DNA of 60,078 nt, the filler included, from Dirinaria sp. TL-2023a (Eukaryota), in the NCBI GenBank assembly GCA_051941275.1. It is 10 parts of 10 records of this genome, joined end to end, with 100 filler letters (N's around TTAATTAATTAA, not from the genome) between each part and the next. Parts side by side here need not be neighbours in the genome. Positions count along the whole stretch, not along the records: positions 12,058 to 17,983 come from JAVEBF010001562.1; positions 18,084 to 24,005 come from JAVEBF010001563.1; positions 24,106 to 30,022 come from JAVEBF010001564.1; 7 more parts are not named here. One strand, 5' to 3'. Under the pieces are notes generated by a model that worked only from the letters and a program-made list of their open reading frames with translations, did no database searches and was not told where the DNA came from. Position numbers and translations under genes: made by a program. Positions 11,958 through 26,826 of this stretch are shown here, piece by piece. Every line of letters begins with the position of its first letter. The stretch's first letter is position 1.

Positions 11958-12057
11958 NNNNNNNNNNNNNNNNNNNNNNNNNNNNNNNNNNNNNNNNNNN
12001 NTTAATTAATTAANNNNNNNNNNNNNNNNNNNNNNNNNNNNNNNNNNNNNNNNNNNN
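11958..12057. other. Artificial contig spacer
   Basis: N44-TTAATTAATTAA-N44. Confidence 0.99.
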
Positions 12058-13985
12058 TATGTGTATTGCGAAATTCTTAATCTCAAAGAAAATAATGTTT
12101 CTTCTAATCTTCATCGCATACGAAGGGGGGTTTTGTTATGGATTTTCCATGTGTGTTGCGGAGAGCATGCCAAGAAGGGTTTAGCGCCGGCCATAGGGCT
12201 TATCCCCGGCCCACACTGGGTATTTCTATCGTACCCAGACCACCATGTACTTAGGATCATCAATTATCCATACAATTTACCCACTTATTAGGCATTATTG
12301 GCCCTCATCATTGTTAGTCCCTAACAGGTTTTTTATGCACAGTCTCAAGTATTTATCTGATAAACATCCCCTTTTTTTTCACCTAAACAGTAAGTAACCC
12401 AATTGACTGATTTTGAAAACGTGGGAAAAAAAGGAAGAATTGACGACTGTTACATATATATAAATTTATGAGCAATACGGTGGGGCATATGTTATTATTA
12501 TACTCTCCAAAAAAGAAAAACAAGGAAGGAAAAAAAAAAAATTCCAAACTTTGAATGTGTACTACAAAGGCATGTTTCAATATATATGGTCCAACTTGAA
12601 CACGCAACATCATCATTTCATCTCGTATCCTGTTCGCTTGAAGAAGCTCTTTGATCCTGGCTAAAATGCCTTCATGATTGTCATCAAACATGTATCAATT
12701 GAACAATGTGTTTGAAGTATTCGTCGCGCATTGATCACATTGGGACCTCTGAGCTTCGAAATCAGCCAATTGGTTACTGTTTAGGCAACAAAGATGTTAC
12801 CTGATATTGGCATAAACCTGCACATGTGGTGGATGTGGAGGAGAAAGATTTTTCAGGGGCCAAGGATTCGCAACACTTGTGCACACCCCAAAGATAAGTA
12901 GTTAGGTACGCATTACCCACCCTCCTTATGAATTTCTTTAAAAAAAAGGGATGGGATAAGATAGATAGATAAGATGTACGATCTGGTTTCAAAAAAGACT
13001 TGGTCTTTGGTTTGGGGCTTACGTGATGTAATGATGAATGCGTTTTCGATGCGATCGTTGATTGAGGAAAAGACTGAAATATCGAAGAGAAGTAGTACTC
13101 ATTTAGGTATTTGTTGCATTCGGTTATTCTATTTAAATGAAAATTGGACAGTAAATCTTCCTATTCATTGATAGAGTAGTAAGAGAAAAGCCAGTGCGTA
13201 CACTGCATTTTACATCTCTCGATGCGACTGATTACTGGGATTGGCAGGGAAAGAGGAGAAGTATGTTCCGTGGCTTCTCTTGGCTGATAGCTTTTGATGG
13301 ATTTCTCTTGCTTTTGCTCGGATGGAAGGTGTGTATATTGATATCGTTGAGTGAGATATGAGGGGGGAAAGACAAGAAAAGAGGGAGCTGGTATGTAGGT
13401 AGGCAGGTACATATTAATCACCCGCTCTTTTATGACAAATAAACAAAGGGAGAGATAAGGTAGATAAGATCTACGATCTCTGTTTTCGAGGAGACACATA
13501 CTTCATAGAGGTGTATTTGCGCCGCCGAAATCTTGGGGGTTTTTTTGGAAAGGGGAGGGTTCCGTTATTCTGTCGTTCATGATTCCAAGGGAGGGGGGGC
13601 TCTTTTCCTTCGAATGCAATGCGGTTTATGATCAATAGAGAATGAAGAATAGATCTTTGAAAAGGGTGCGTGTGTGTACTTACTTACCTAGGTGTTTATA
13701 AGCGATTAGTTAGGGGTTTGCCGTTCAGTATGCCCTGCCACAGCCTCCTGCTGTACACAAAGGCGGGCGGGATTCCACATCAAATCGATGCGATGATATT
13801 CATGCTCGCTGTGTACATGTAGTCAACCCTTTTATTCAAGCCACCGCTACTATGTTGGTCTTGGCATTTTGACAATCCTCTTTCGGGAGAGATAGGGTGT
13901 TCCTACCAGAAACGCAGGTCGACTTGTTGCTTAGAGGATGTTTGAAAGGCTAAAATGTTCTGGTGAGATGGGGCGATCCGCTTGA

Positions 13986-13990
<5 letters not shown>

Positions 13991-14020
<30 letters not shown>
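13991..14020. repeat. (ATC)10 microsatellite
   Basis: Read directly from the sequence. Confidence 0.95.
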
Positions 14021-14021
<1 letters not shown>

Positions 14022-14147
14022 AGCCTTGCTCCTTGAACTTCTTATCAGCTAGGTATCCCGAGAATGCGGACCCAGGATACAGGTGTGGTGTGTGTGAGAG
14101 GAAAGTATGAGGTGGAGGCGTGTGAGAGGAAAGCATAATGTAGGATG

Positions 14148-14200
14148 GTGTGTGAGTGTGGGTGTGGGTGTGGGTGTGGGTGTGTGTCTGTGTCTGTGTG
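14148..14200. repeat. Imperfect (GTGTGG)n/(GT)n microsatellite
   Basis: Read directly from the sequence. Confidence 0.85.
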
Positions 14201-15152
14201 TATACGCGCGTGTGTTTGTGGAAGCAAAGTATAATTTAAGTAGGTCATGTAGGTGTGGGTGTTTGATGTAGGGGAGAAGACCGATGGTGTGCATGGGAAA
14301 TAGGGTGGAAGGCGCCGCCCGAATGGTCACCTTCCAGAAGGGGCGTCCCGTTGACGCTAATTGGATCCTGAACTGGAATGAGACGGTCCCGAGGCTTCGG
14401 GTCGGTTTGATGGATGTTACGGAGGCGGATTTAAGGTAAAGGAAAGTATCCTCAAGCCATGTTGCGATATCGGCTGATAGACTTTGCTTGGCTTGAGAGG
14501 CTTGATGAGAATTCGGTCCGTTTAAATAAGACGGGTAACCCAGCAGTAAGGTATTGGACACAGTAAGACTGACCACCTACCTTTCCTTCCCTTTCCTTCC
14601 CTTCCCTTCCCCTAGTGCTTGGCCATCGGGCTATTACAGCAGTGGATATGAGAGACGATCTCGATCACTCAACAGCGTTGGCAAGGACCGGATATAATGG
14701 AATTACGGCCGTAGATATCACATCCCTTGGCCTCGATGATCTCCATCCGAATCGAGGAAAATGAACCCCATCTATCAAACCCATTTCGTAAAAGAAAGAA
14801 ACCCCTCGCCTATTTTGTCTTCAATGCTCACGACGAAATTCTCGTCGGAATCCCATCGTGCCAGTGCGCAAACCCAGAGAGAAATTACATAGAATAAGAT
14901 GAAGCCAATAGTAGCAAAGACCTTAGCGATGATAGCAGGAAACAAAATTGCGCCTGGCCGGATCGGTCTGGATTTCAAAACAGAGAAAAGTCCCTTTCTT
15001 CGGTCGTTGATGAAATGTCCGAAGCGGTCTAAATCCTTCCCAGAGGATGGTCCAAAAAAATAGGCCGAGATGGGAAAACCCTCGCACCTATTGCTGTCTA
15101 TAAAAGTTGGTAGTGTAGAAAGAAAATATTCAAGTCTTGGAGAGACATTTTG

Positions 15153-16624
15153 TCACTGCCGGCTCCGGTTCGAGGGTGCGGCAGTGGCCGGACTCCGTTC
15201 GGACGGCTCTTCATTCGTTTCACTCGGACTGCTGGTCCTTTTCCTGTTGCCTCTCCTCGCCAGTCCCTCATTGCCTTTCTTCACGCTCACCGAGGCGCCT
15301 TGGCGTTTCAAATCCTTAGTCAAAGCAGTACTGGCTCTCATTCCCGGGAAGTCTTTGGCGCTGTAAACCTCGAAATTGTTGCTCTCCACAGTCCTCACAA
15401 TCGGGGTGCTGCCACCCACATTGAGCATGCCGGGACCCATTTTCATAATATGGAACCTCAGTCTATAACAACCGACCTGGCGGCACGACAGATCCGGGAA
15501 GATAAAGAAACAACCGATCCTTGCATTCTCATCCCGAGAGGAAGGAGCCTCCAAATCGACCCCAACAAACGGGGAGGCCACGAGAGTACCGGTAAGCTTG
15601 CGGGTCAACCTGCCAGTGTCATTCGGCTCCGGAATGGCTGTCACGTCCTGCAGCGCACCCGTCCAAGATGATTGAGAAGGAACGGAAAGCAGGGTACATT
15701 GAACGACAAGTAAGGAATGCTTAAGCTCGGCCACATCCTCTGGCGATGTGGGATCATAATCAGCGAGCGAGAGCTGCACAATCGGCGGCGGGTCAATGAC
15801 GCGGCGGTCACGTTCGCCGAAACCGCAGGCGCGGGCAGCGATAGGCTGCTGCCTCACACGGAGAATATAGCGGCTTGTGCTGACTTGCAATCAGCAACCT
15901 CGTCGGATGTAATCTACAATGACACATGAAAACTCTCTTACATATCACTAGATTGAGATGCAGTCAACCCCGTTGGCTGCGCGGGAATAGATAGAGCGGA
16001 TCCGTAGGCACTTGAAGACGTAGCAGAGCTTCGGCTGGACTCAGACTCCCGGCGGGTGGACGGCATCGTGGTCGATGACGCCCTGTACCTGGTGGGCTCG
16101 GCCATTAGGGGTCTCATGTCTTGCCCGGATGGGCTTGGCAGCGAAGGGAACCCGGTTCTCATCCTTACAGGGGACGTCTGGCCGGGATCATGGTAGGCAT
16201 AGCTTCTATAGGACGACTGCGCCGGGCTACTTGGTGGGTGTACAGTTCCAGAACTGGCTGGCCTATCCTGTTCCGGCCTTGACATGATCCTCTCCAACGG
16301 CAGCCTAGCGCTCCATGGTGCCTGAGAGGGTTCCTGGAACGTATGCTGGCCATAGTACAATGGGGAACTGGGGCTTTGATGCTGGCTGCTTGACCAGGTC
16401 CTTCCGGTGTAATATGGAGCGTGTTCTGCTGGAATCTCCGGGCCGGAGGACAGGGGAGGTAGCATTGGCCGCTCCTGGTGAGCTACGGCAAAGGGAGGTG
16501 GCAGAGAGCGAGATACGACGGATGGAAGCTGTGTTGCTGCCATTCCCGCGGTTGAGCTTGGCAATTGCGTCCCACGCGGACTGGCCTGGTCCGACGGCGG
16601 TTTCGAGGAATATGGCGAGGGCAT
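15153..16624 (-). CDS. velC: Velvet-domain regulator, VelC type (C-terminal velvet domain, Pro/Ser-rich N-terminus); intron ~15880-15941
   Basis: YILRVRQQPIAARACGFGERDRRVIDPPPIVQL, FFIFPDLSCRQVGCYRLRF, FEVYSAKDFPGMRASTALT. A GTAAGA donor joins ORF 15938-16624 in phase to ORF 15153-15890. Confidence 0.85.
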
Positions 16625-17983
16625 AGATGGTCGTGGTTAGCATCCGATAAGCCTGGCCTGAGACTGGTAGGCGGTATCCAGCGTTGGCATGCTCGCCACG
16701 CTTCACCATACACTACCTTGCAATGGCGGCGAGACACGGGAGAGACAATGAACGAAAGAAGCCTCGAAGCAGACATGAGTCTGAGCGGCGAGCTGAGAGC
16801 TTTATAGATGCGAATTGATACAGTATTGGTCAGTCAGGCAAGGTGCTCAGAAGTAAGATCACGGCATTCGTGAGTTTTGGGCGACATGGAGATGCTGGAG
16901 GAGGGGAAAGGGAACCTTCCTGGAAGCGACTAATGTACATGACAGACTCCGCTAGCGAAGCATCGTAGTTCTGCCGCTCTTAACGCCTCCCACTCTTTCT
17001 GGCAGACGTTGATCGTCATGCTTCGGTCCGGGAATGAGGGAGGAATGGGGGGATTGGTGGCTGTAATGGAATTGGGAACCTGATCGACGAACGCCTGCTT
17101 TTCGACTTTCTGGGTCTGGGCATTTTTTTTGTTTTTGTTTTTTTCTGAGTGGCCTGCAGTGGTGTATTTCGTCATGGAGATCACGATACGCTGCTGCAGA
17201 TCAATGCGGTGATTTACCATCGCTACCGAGGTACCATCTTGTTCCCACTTGGTCGCCAATGCCGGATCAAGATGGATCGACTGCGCTATCTCGATATTCC
17301 TCAATCAGGTTCCCACGCAGGGCAAGATATCGCCGGATGCCGATCAAGGACGGGGGGTTGGCCTACCTTAGTGGGTAAGGTAAGGTAAAGTAGGTAAGGT
17401 CAGGTCAGGTCAGGCCAGGTCTTGAACGGGGGATCCGTTCTGGTAGGGACGCCAATTGGAAGATTACTAAGGTACATCAAGGCAGGCAAGGTAGTACTGT
17501 GTATTATTGATGACCTGATAACCACCTGTACCTTACGAAATGCGGCGTCGACCGAAGGAGACAGACAGGAATTGGACACTTCTCACGTAACACCAGAAAC
17601 AGCCACTTACCTCTGAAGAGCCATTTTGTGCGCGTGCGCAGCCAATGCACTGAATGACAGCGCCTCTTTCCTCAATTGGTCTTCAATGCGACGGCCACTG
17701 TCGTGCAGGGCAGCAGGGCAGCCGGGCACCGGGCAATGGGCACAGGGCAGTGGACAGTGAGCACTCTGAGCAATGAGCCAGTGGAACTGGGGCACTGGGG
17801 CCTCTAGGGTTTCTGGCTTTCGCGGTTTCCACTGGGTCCATGCAGCCACTGACGATCCGTGCTTACTTCAAGGTACTCGCACCTACCGTACTTACCTTAC
17901 CTTACTGTATGTATGTCCATACCTAAGGTACGAGTACTCCGTACTTACTTACCTAAGGTACTCTCCCCACTCCCCTCTTCCTT

Positions 17984-18083
17984 NNNNNNNNNNNNNNNNN
18001 NNNNNNNNNNNNNNNNNNNNNNNNNNNTTAATTAATTAANNNNNNNNNNNNNNNNNNNNNNNNNNNNNNNNNNNNNNNNNNNN
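17984..18083. other. Artificial contig spacer
   Basis: N44-TTAATTAATTAA-N44. Confidence 0.99.
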
Positions 18084-19554
18084 TCAAACCCCTTTATAAA
18101 TAACACAAAAAAAAAAAAAAATCGATGAACCTACCAATCTCCGAATCAGGAGCGAAAACAAAGAGCCACCCACCTCCTTCGAGTGTAAAGTTTCTCAGAT
18201 TTTTGTAGCCGTTATATTTTCTGACCGATTTTGTGGGATCTGTAGCTCCCAGAAGAAGGAAATGAAGCTTTGGAAATGTTTCACTGGTTGATTGAGAGGG
18301 TGTAGCTGGTTTGGGATAGGTTAGGGAGTGTGAAAGGTGTGATGGAGAGGGTATACCCTTATAGCTAGATAACTGAGTAAAGGTTCTGTGTCGTGAAGAT
18401 ATATGAGGGGAGATAGTTGGGAGATGGAATACGGATGTAGAGAGGAGGATGGATTGAAGGAGCCAGGTATATGTACCGGATATCAGACGACTCTACAGCG
18501 ATTTACGTGGCGTCCTTACTCTTTTTGGAGAAATGCTTGAAGACAATAGGGCCCCATTTTACGCTGGTATATTAGAGATATGAAGAATTATTTCTTTTGT
18601 CAGTGTATTTTTGCGTACTTTATATGAGTGATTTAAAGCATAGACCAAGGATCCGCTGGCTGGGAGCCTGCATTTGATGTTTAATGGTGTTAGTCGAGGA
18701 ATACATTGCCGGGTCTCTTCATATAAATGAAGGATCTGACATATTGACGGTGAATCTGTAGATGCTAATAAGCGCATATGAACGGCTTCTGGAACCGTGG
18801 ATTAAAGAGATTTGGGATAAGTGGTTTCCGATGCTTATTCATGTCCAGGTTCGCTGACGCACTTTGATAACAAATATAAAATACAAGAGCTTCTCCTGAA
18901 GTACAGCGTCTGTTCCGGCTCCTTAAGTCTTCCGGACAAAATATATCAGACAATATTCTATTTACTTGTTCTTCGATTTAGTTCCCGCTCCTACGAGTTG
19001 TACAGCCTTACAGATGAGCCTTGGGGCGTTTTGCAGGGGGAAGGTGAATTGAGTCCCAGTGTCCGTAGCAGGTCCTGATATCATGGAATTCGCAGCCTCG
19101 TTTTTCGAGATGCTTTGCTGTCAGACAACAAATTTTCACATTATAACAAAAGGGGGCCCCACAGTTGGTGGGTGATCATTATGCTGTATATGTTCGTTTA
19201 TTTTGTCCGACATTTGCGATTTGTGTTAGTGGCTTTTAAGCTCTGCAGTCCTCGGATAGCATCGACTGTGGATCAAAGTGGTGATGGAGGATGGATGTAC
19301 TGAGTAGACCCATTCTTGTAAAGATATTTTTTAAGTTAGAAAACGGAAAGTGAAAAGAGGAGAAGGAAAAAAGCGGTTGGCAGGTTATAAGTAGATGTCG
19401 CCCAAAATCAATCTGCTCATCAGTAACGGAAGCTACAGCCCTTGCTGCCAAAGTTGGGAAATCTGGAAATAGAAGAGATTTCAACCGCCTTTCGTGCAGT
19501 GTGCAAGCTTCTCTCCAGGTAGCCATAAGTAGGTCCGACATTACTTATCTTCTA

Positions 19555-20775
19555 TTATGTTTCGGATGTTTTTTGGTCAATGTTACAGTATACCTGTTTC
19601 GCCCACCCAGTAGCACCGTTCTCACTAGCCGCCAGGCTCAGCTCCTTGCGTTCCTGCGCCTCCCGATTCTTTGCGCGGTTCACCATCCTGGGCCCACTAT
19701 CCGCCGGCGGGTTGCCCATGAGCGCTTTGGCTTTCCTTGGTGTCGCAATACTCCCTTCACCGCCACTTGCTGAGCGTGCCGCCGCTAGTACCTTTGGTGA
19801 AAGCTCGACCTGCGACGAGTCCCAATGCGGCGCGAAATCGAAGCGGTCGGAGCCCTTGAGAAGCTGTTCGGGATGTGTGTGGACTGTTGGGTGGGTGGGG
19901 ACGGTGGGTTTCTTGAGGACGTTGGGGATGGTTTTGAAGAAGTCCGCAGGACTGTTGTATTCCCGTTGGTTGATCTGTTCGTCCTGGTTTACGGAGGACA
20001 GTCGTTCTCGCTCCCTGTCCTCGAATGTGGCTTTCGTGAATCCAACGAGCTGGCAGTATACTATGAACTCTAGTTTGAGCTTGATAGCGTAGACGAGTGG
20101 CTTCACGCTGGCTTCGGCGACATAGTTGTTGCTGAATTCCAGTCCAATCAGGATCATATCCATGGCTATGCAAACGAAGTTGACGGCTAGCAGTTGAATC
20201 ATCGCATTGCGGGTGCGCATGTAGTAGACAGCACTCAGCAGCTTTACTGTAGCCACGATATAGATACCGCTTATAACCGACTCTTGGATGCAGAAGCCCA
20301 TCAGCTGAACCCGCTCCATGGCATTGAATTTGTCGACCCATCTGCTCCATGACGGGGAATTGGCGCCATAAATGAAGACGAGAGTGGGAGTGTGTAGACA
20401 CAAGCCGTCGATGATGATAGCTGCTAGCACAAGCCAGCGCAGCTTTTGATTGCGTACGACGAGGTTGAGGCGCGACCAGAGGACGAAAGATTGGCCGGAT
20501 ACCATCGCTACCCATCCTATCTCGATGAAGGTGAGATTGACAAGCCATGATGTTCCGACCAGGAATTTGAGGATGAAGCCCAAAGCATGCAACGCGCAGC
20601 CCCAGGAGCAGATCAGAAAAGACCAGAAGTAGATGCCTGAGCGTCGGTGGAACGTTAATATGATAGTCAGATCGAGCTCCAGCGTAAAGCACCATGCTAC
20701 CGCGGTGCATGCTGCCAGAACGCAATACTGGACCGGGTCATAGGGAAGTGCCCCGGTGACACCTGGGGTAGGCAT
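19555..20775 (-). CDS. Fungal multi-pass integral membrane protein (DUF7703-type); alternative upstream start at 20862
   Basis: About 7 hydrophobic segments; motifs FHRRSGIYFWSFLICSWG, GWVAMVSGQSFVLWSRLNLV, ERVQLMGFCIQESVISGIY, YAIKLKLEF. Confidence 0.8.
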   Translation of the reverse strand: MPTPGVTGALPYDPVQYCVLAACTAVAWCFTLELDLTIILTFHRRSGIYFWSFLICSWGCALHALGFILKFLVGTSWLVNLTFIEIGWVAMVSGQSFVLWSRLNLVVRNQKLRWLVLAAIIIDGLCLHTPTLVFIYGANSPSWSRWVDKFNAMERVQLMGFCIQESVISGIYIVATVKLLSAVYYMRTRNAMIQLLAVNFVCIAMDMILIGLEFSNNYVAEASVKPLVYAIKLKLEFIVYCQLVGFTKATFEDRERERLSSVNQDEQINQREYNSPADFFKTIPNVLKKPTVPTHPTVHTHPEQLLKGSDRFDFAPHWDSSQVELSPKVLAAARSASGGEGSIATPRKAKALMGNPPADSGPRMVNRAKNREAQERKELSLAASENGATGWAKQVYCNIDQKTSET

Positions 20776-22580
20776 GATGCGGACCTTGGGGTGGTTTACG
20801 AATTGCAAGACATGCGCGCAGAGACATGAAGAATCTTCAGAACTGGGGATTTGAGGTGACATACCTTAGCTTGTTTGACCCGTTGACGCTTTACCTGGGA
20901 ATTTTAGCGTAACGATCTGCTAGTTCTGTCGGTATCATCGCGCCAGCAATTTCAAGGCTCAACACGGGACACTCGCGCTTATTAAGATTTATAGGTCAAA
21001 GCTTATCAAATCAAACATGTTCCCCATAAGCCTTCAGAATTCGATCTATCACAATTGTCGAATTGTACTGAATGATGGCTACCGGAATACGACCTTGTGC
21101 AGACCGAAGCTTCAAGATTCCATGAATTCCAGGTTGTGGATCCTTGCGCTTCGGCGAGCCGCGTGGCTGCTAACTTCTGCCCGAGCCTGCGTTTGAGACC
21201 AATCTAGCGTTTCTCATTCATTTGTCTGGAGCGGCTATACTGCAACTTTAAATTGTCTCATTAAATTAGGCCGTGCCACTTAGCGGCCGCGACTTGAGCT
21301 TCTTCCCCCACCTTTTGGAGGTTATTACCCTATTCAGTGTTCGTCCACAACGTCATTCTTGGAAGCACTTCAGTCTACCCAGGCCGGTATCTCTTGGAGT
21401 AAGGTAGACACTTGCGACCTTACAGCAGTGCCTATTTCAGCAATTTGACCGCAATTCTCGAATTATTTTTTTATAAATAGACATCGTTGCAATCGACTGA
21501 AGAGTTCAGGACAGGGAATTGTAGCTGAATGAATCCATGAAAGGTACGATGTAAAGAAATTATTCCGGTCTGTAAGCCGATCGCGTTACGGAATTGAAAG
21601 GAAGGGTCAAAATTGCATTTTTGCTTAGACTTACGAATATATCCCCTCCAAAAAACCAGCTGCAGTAGCAACTTTTGCGATCTGGGGCCATTGATATTAT
21701 TGATGATTGGGGGTATGCTTCGATGAGGGAGTGAACACGACAATAACAAGACCCTCGAGTCTCGACTCGATCATAAATTATGAGATTATGTACAAAAGTT
21801 TCTTGTCATCGCTTTAAGTCGTGAATTTAAGGCGGTATTACGGGCCGACGACCAAATACAACCAACAGCCTTGGCGAACCCATGGAATGGAACCACTTGG
21901 CCTTTCGAGCCAGCAAGGGCTCAATCCAGACGACAAGAGGCAATGATAGGAGTGTGACTTTGCAGATCAGATTTTCGAAGCTTCGCGGAATGCACACTTC
22001 GCGCAGCAAAATCCCTGGGCGTACAGAGTTCCTACAGTAGGGAGATGTTTCATCGATTACTGACCTCTGTCTTCCGAGGCTGCCGACCAGTGGCTCTGTA
22101 GCGATAGGTAGGATTCATGGAATCCAATCCGAGTCCTTCGAAATGAATTCGAGTTCGAACTCGAACCCTCTCAGTTACAGGATCCAAATCCATGTATGCT
22201 TTCGTACTCAGGTTCCGAATTCATGATCATGGATCCGGATCCATAATTCTCACTACGGGGACTAATGGCCCATCAGCTGTCAGCTTTGCGCTTACCGCCT
22301 CAATCAGGCAACTCTCACGAGCAAGGCTCTGTCCGATGGCTGTGAAAGGCAGACCAACCTTGCTGCCTGCGAACGATGGATCTAGCGCTTAGACAGCTAA
22401 GCCACGCTTGGCTAACATCTGAACGCGTTCAACCCTCAAAAGGTTCGAGACTCGCTATGGCAAGCTTTCAAACATTCGATTTTATGGTCTCTTGTATCTT
22501 CAAATTGATCTGTAGCGAAAGTCTCCTTGTTCATTCTCATAGAATCTGTTTCTCTTTACTGTGAAGTAGTGACCATCGGT

Positions 22581-23392
22581 ATGGCCGCGTTCGAGGACCT
22601 CTCTCGCAATTTCCTCAACGAGGAAACGAATCGATCTGTGCACGGCTTCCTCGATTCGGTGCGTAGTCACAAGCGATTTCGTCTTCGCTTCGCTGCTATC
22701 ATCGCCGCATCGATCGGCTCAGCGCTGAACTTCCTCCTCGTTTTCCTCACTACCTTGGGTGTTGAGGACGATGCCCCAAGGATACTTACGGGCTGCGCTT
22801 ATATCCCAGTAAGCGAAGCCATACAAACATAAATGGGAAACAACGACTTATTGTTCGAATAGCTCATCCTCTCTTTGATATGGCACCATGTAGATTTCGC
22901 ATCTAAACGTCTATTTAGGCAGGAACCCTCGACACCTCTAGTTGTATTAGTCGATGGCTTGGGATTTCTGGGCTTCTTGACCATTCTCATTGCCAATGGT
23001 ATCGTGTGTGGCGATCTTCGCCGAAACGGAGGCATTATTGTCCTAATGACATATAACACTATTCCATGGATGATTTGCTGGTACGTATTGGTCTTTTGGC
23101 ACTCACTAATCTCTGTACTTTTAAAAGCTTACCGATACACAATAGCGCCGTACATGGCATCATCGTTGTTCAAGAAACCTTACGCTCGTCCGGCATGCTC
23201 CTCAACAGCTTCGGTTCAACACACCGGTGCTCGAATTGCGGGCATCAGAAAAGGAGCTGGGGCCGAGGAGCTAAAGGGGGCTCCTCCTACTCGCTGCTGG
23301 GTGGCCAGGATCACGATGAAGATGACGTTGAGGAGACTGCCGGCGCTGACCGAGTGGCGGAAGCGACTGAAAGAGGCGAGGACCACAGCTAG
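22581..23392 (+). CDS. Hypothetical membrane protein, 3 exons (22581-22808, 22863-23080, 23146-23392)
   Basis: GTAAGC..TAG and GTACGT..CTAAT..TAG introns join three ORF-track fragments in phase; about 4 hydrophobic segments, a CxxC and an acidic tail. Confidence 0.75.
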
Positions 23393-24005
23393 ACCATGCT
23401 CCAGACGAGTCCTTCGCAACTATCTACATCCGGCGGCTCCGATTGTTGGAAAGGTTAAGACATACTGCTACGATCGATTGACGTCCTGTGAGACCATCGA
23501 TCGCGTCCATGGCTAGGGATCAGCTTCTGTTACACTATCAACCTCGACTGGCAGCTACTACTCTTGTCGACCCTAGGTACTGCGAGGGGGCTCGTCGACT
23601 AATCTCAGACTCTAAATGCTGATACGCAAACGTTCCTCCTAGGTGTGGGATCAGCCTTACGCTGGCTCAGATCTTTCGTTTAGAGTCTATGGACCTCATC
23701 ACTTCACTCATTTCCACCAATGATCTTCATCAGAGTAACTTCCAGCCAGCGGCTACTTAGCAGTTAAATTCACATATACATCGCATTGCTCTTTGAATAT
23801 TAGATATCCTTAAAGGCGTACCGTCATTCATAATCCAGTCATATCACCAAAATTTAAATCGGCAGTGATCATTCCTTCAACCGAGCTCCATATAAAATCA
23901 TATGTTACCGACTGGATCAGTAGTCTCTGTTATAACATCCATATGGAATAATTTTCGAAAGTTTCAAGAACTCCTTTTTGGAGAAGCTCAAAGGTCCATA
24001 TATAT

Positions 24006-24105
24006 NNNNNNNNNNNNNNNNNNNNNNNNNNNNNNNNNNNNNNNNNNNNTTAATTAATTAANNNNNNNNNNNNNNNNNNNNNNNNNNNNNNNNNNNNNNN
24101 NNNNN
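24006..24105. other. Artificial contig spacer
   Basis: N44-TTAATTAATTAA-N44. Confidence 0.99.
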
Positions 24106-25049
24106 CTCAAGTACCTACCCACACCCCACCACACTCTCCATATCCAAAGTACATCCACATTCTAAACCCCCCAACCCCATCCAAAAGTATTCCAACCCCC
24201 GCCTGCGTAGCTCAACCATGACCTCCCCAAAATAAATACCATCCCAACCCTCCACATTATACTCCACCAAAGATTAAAAAAAACCCCTCTCAGGATTCAA
24301 CCCCTTAAAAACCACAAAAAAACAACACCAAGAACGCTAGTTATAATCGAAGCCCCTTGCCTTGCCCAACCTAACAGAATTAATCAAACTTGAAATCGCA
24401 GCCGCCCTCCCGACCTCTGCCCTGAAGCCCCCCTGATATATAAGCTCGTGACCTTGGAATGCATGAGCTGCAGGATCTGTGCCCGCTTGGGATTGAGATA
24501 TAGAGTCCAAAGAACCCCCAATTCCGTCATATGTAAGCTCTACGTCTTAATTGCATCGCTCATGCTTTAAGACGCTTTAATATCGGTATAAAGATCAGTT
24601 TGCGGAACCAAGCTTGTCGTGGCAGGTAAGCTAGCACTGACGCGTTAGGGACTGTGTTCTGAGATGCGATATATACATATAGGTAGGGGGTTTTGATGGA
24701 GCAGGGGATGAGTACGAGTTTACGTTGCTTGGATCCGTGAGATGAGGTGTATGTACACCAATGCTGCTGCTGTAAAATAATGGAAAGGATAGCAAGAGGA
24801 TAGTCATTTAAGAGCTGGTTTTATGGATTTGGGTGCGATAAAGTTGCCAGGGGAATTTTAAAAACATTCGGAACTTTGATGTTGTATGATGAACGCAATC
24901 CTTCTATGATGAATTAAAAGCTGGGAGACTGTTCAAATGCAAGTTTCCATGGAACTGATCCTGCAAAACGCCGATTCCATCGATTTCTGGGCCGTTAATC
25001 TCTTTCTGGTTCTTGCTATGCTATAAAGGAACGATACGTTCTTTCCCAC

Positions 25050-26826
<1,777 letters not shown>

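Noticed and set aside
14148..14200. Telomeric repeat
   Set aside because: Internal imperfect GTGTGG/GT tract, not TTAGGG and not at a contig end
14049..14576. 175-aa ORF with TPTPTP repeats
   Set aside because: Kept open by a GT microsatellite; no domain evidence
19757..20725. 322-aa alternative-frame ORF
   Set aside because: Shadow frame inside the DUF7703-type gene with Arg/His-rich non-coding composition
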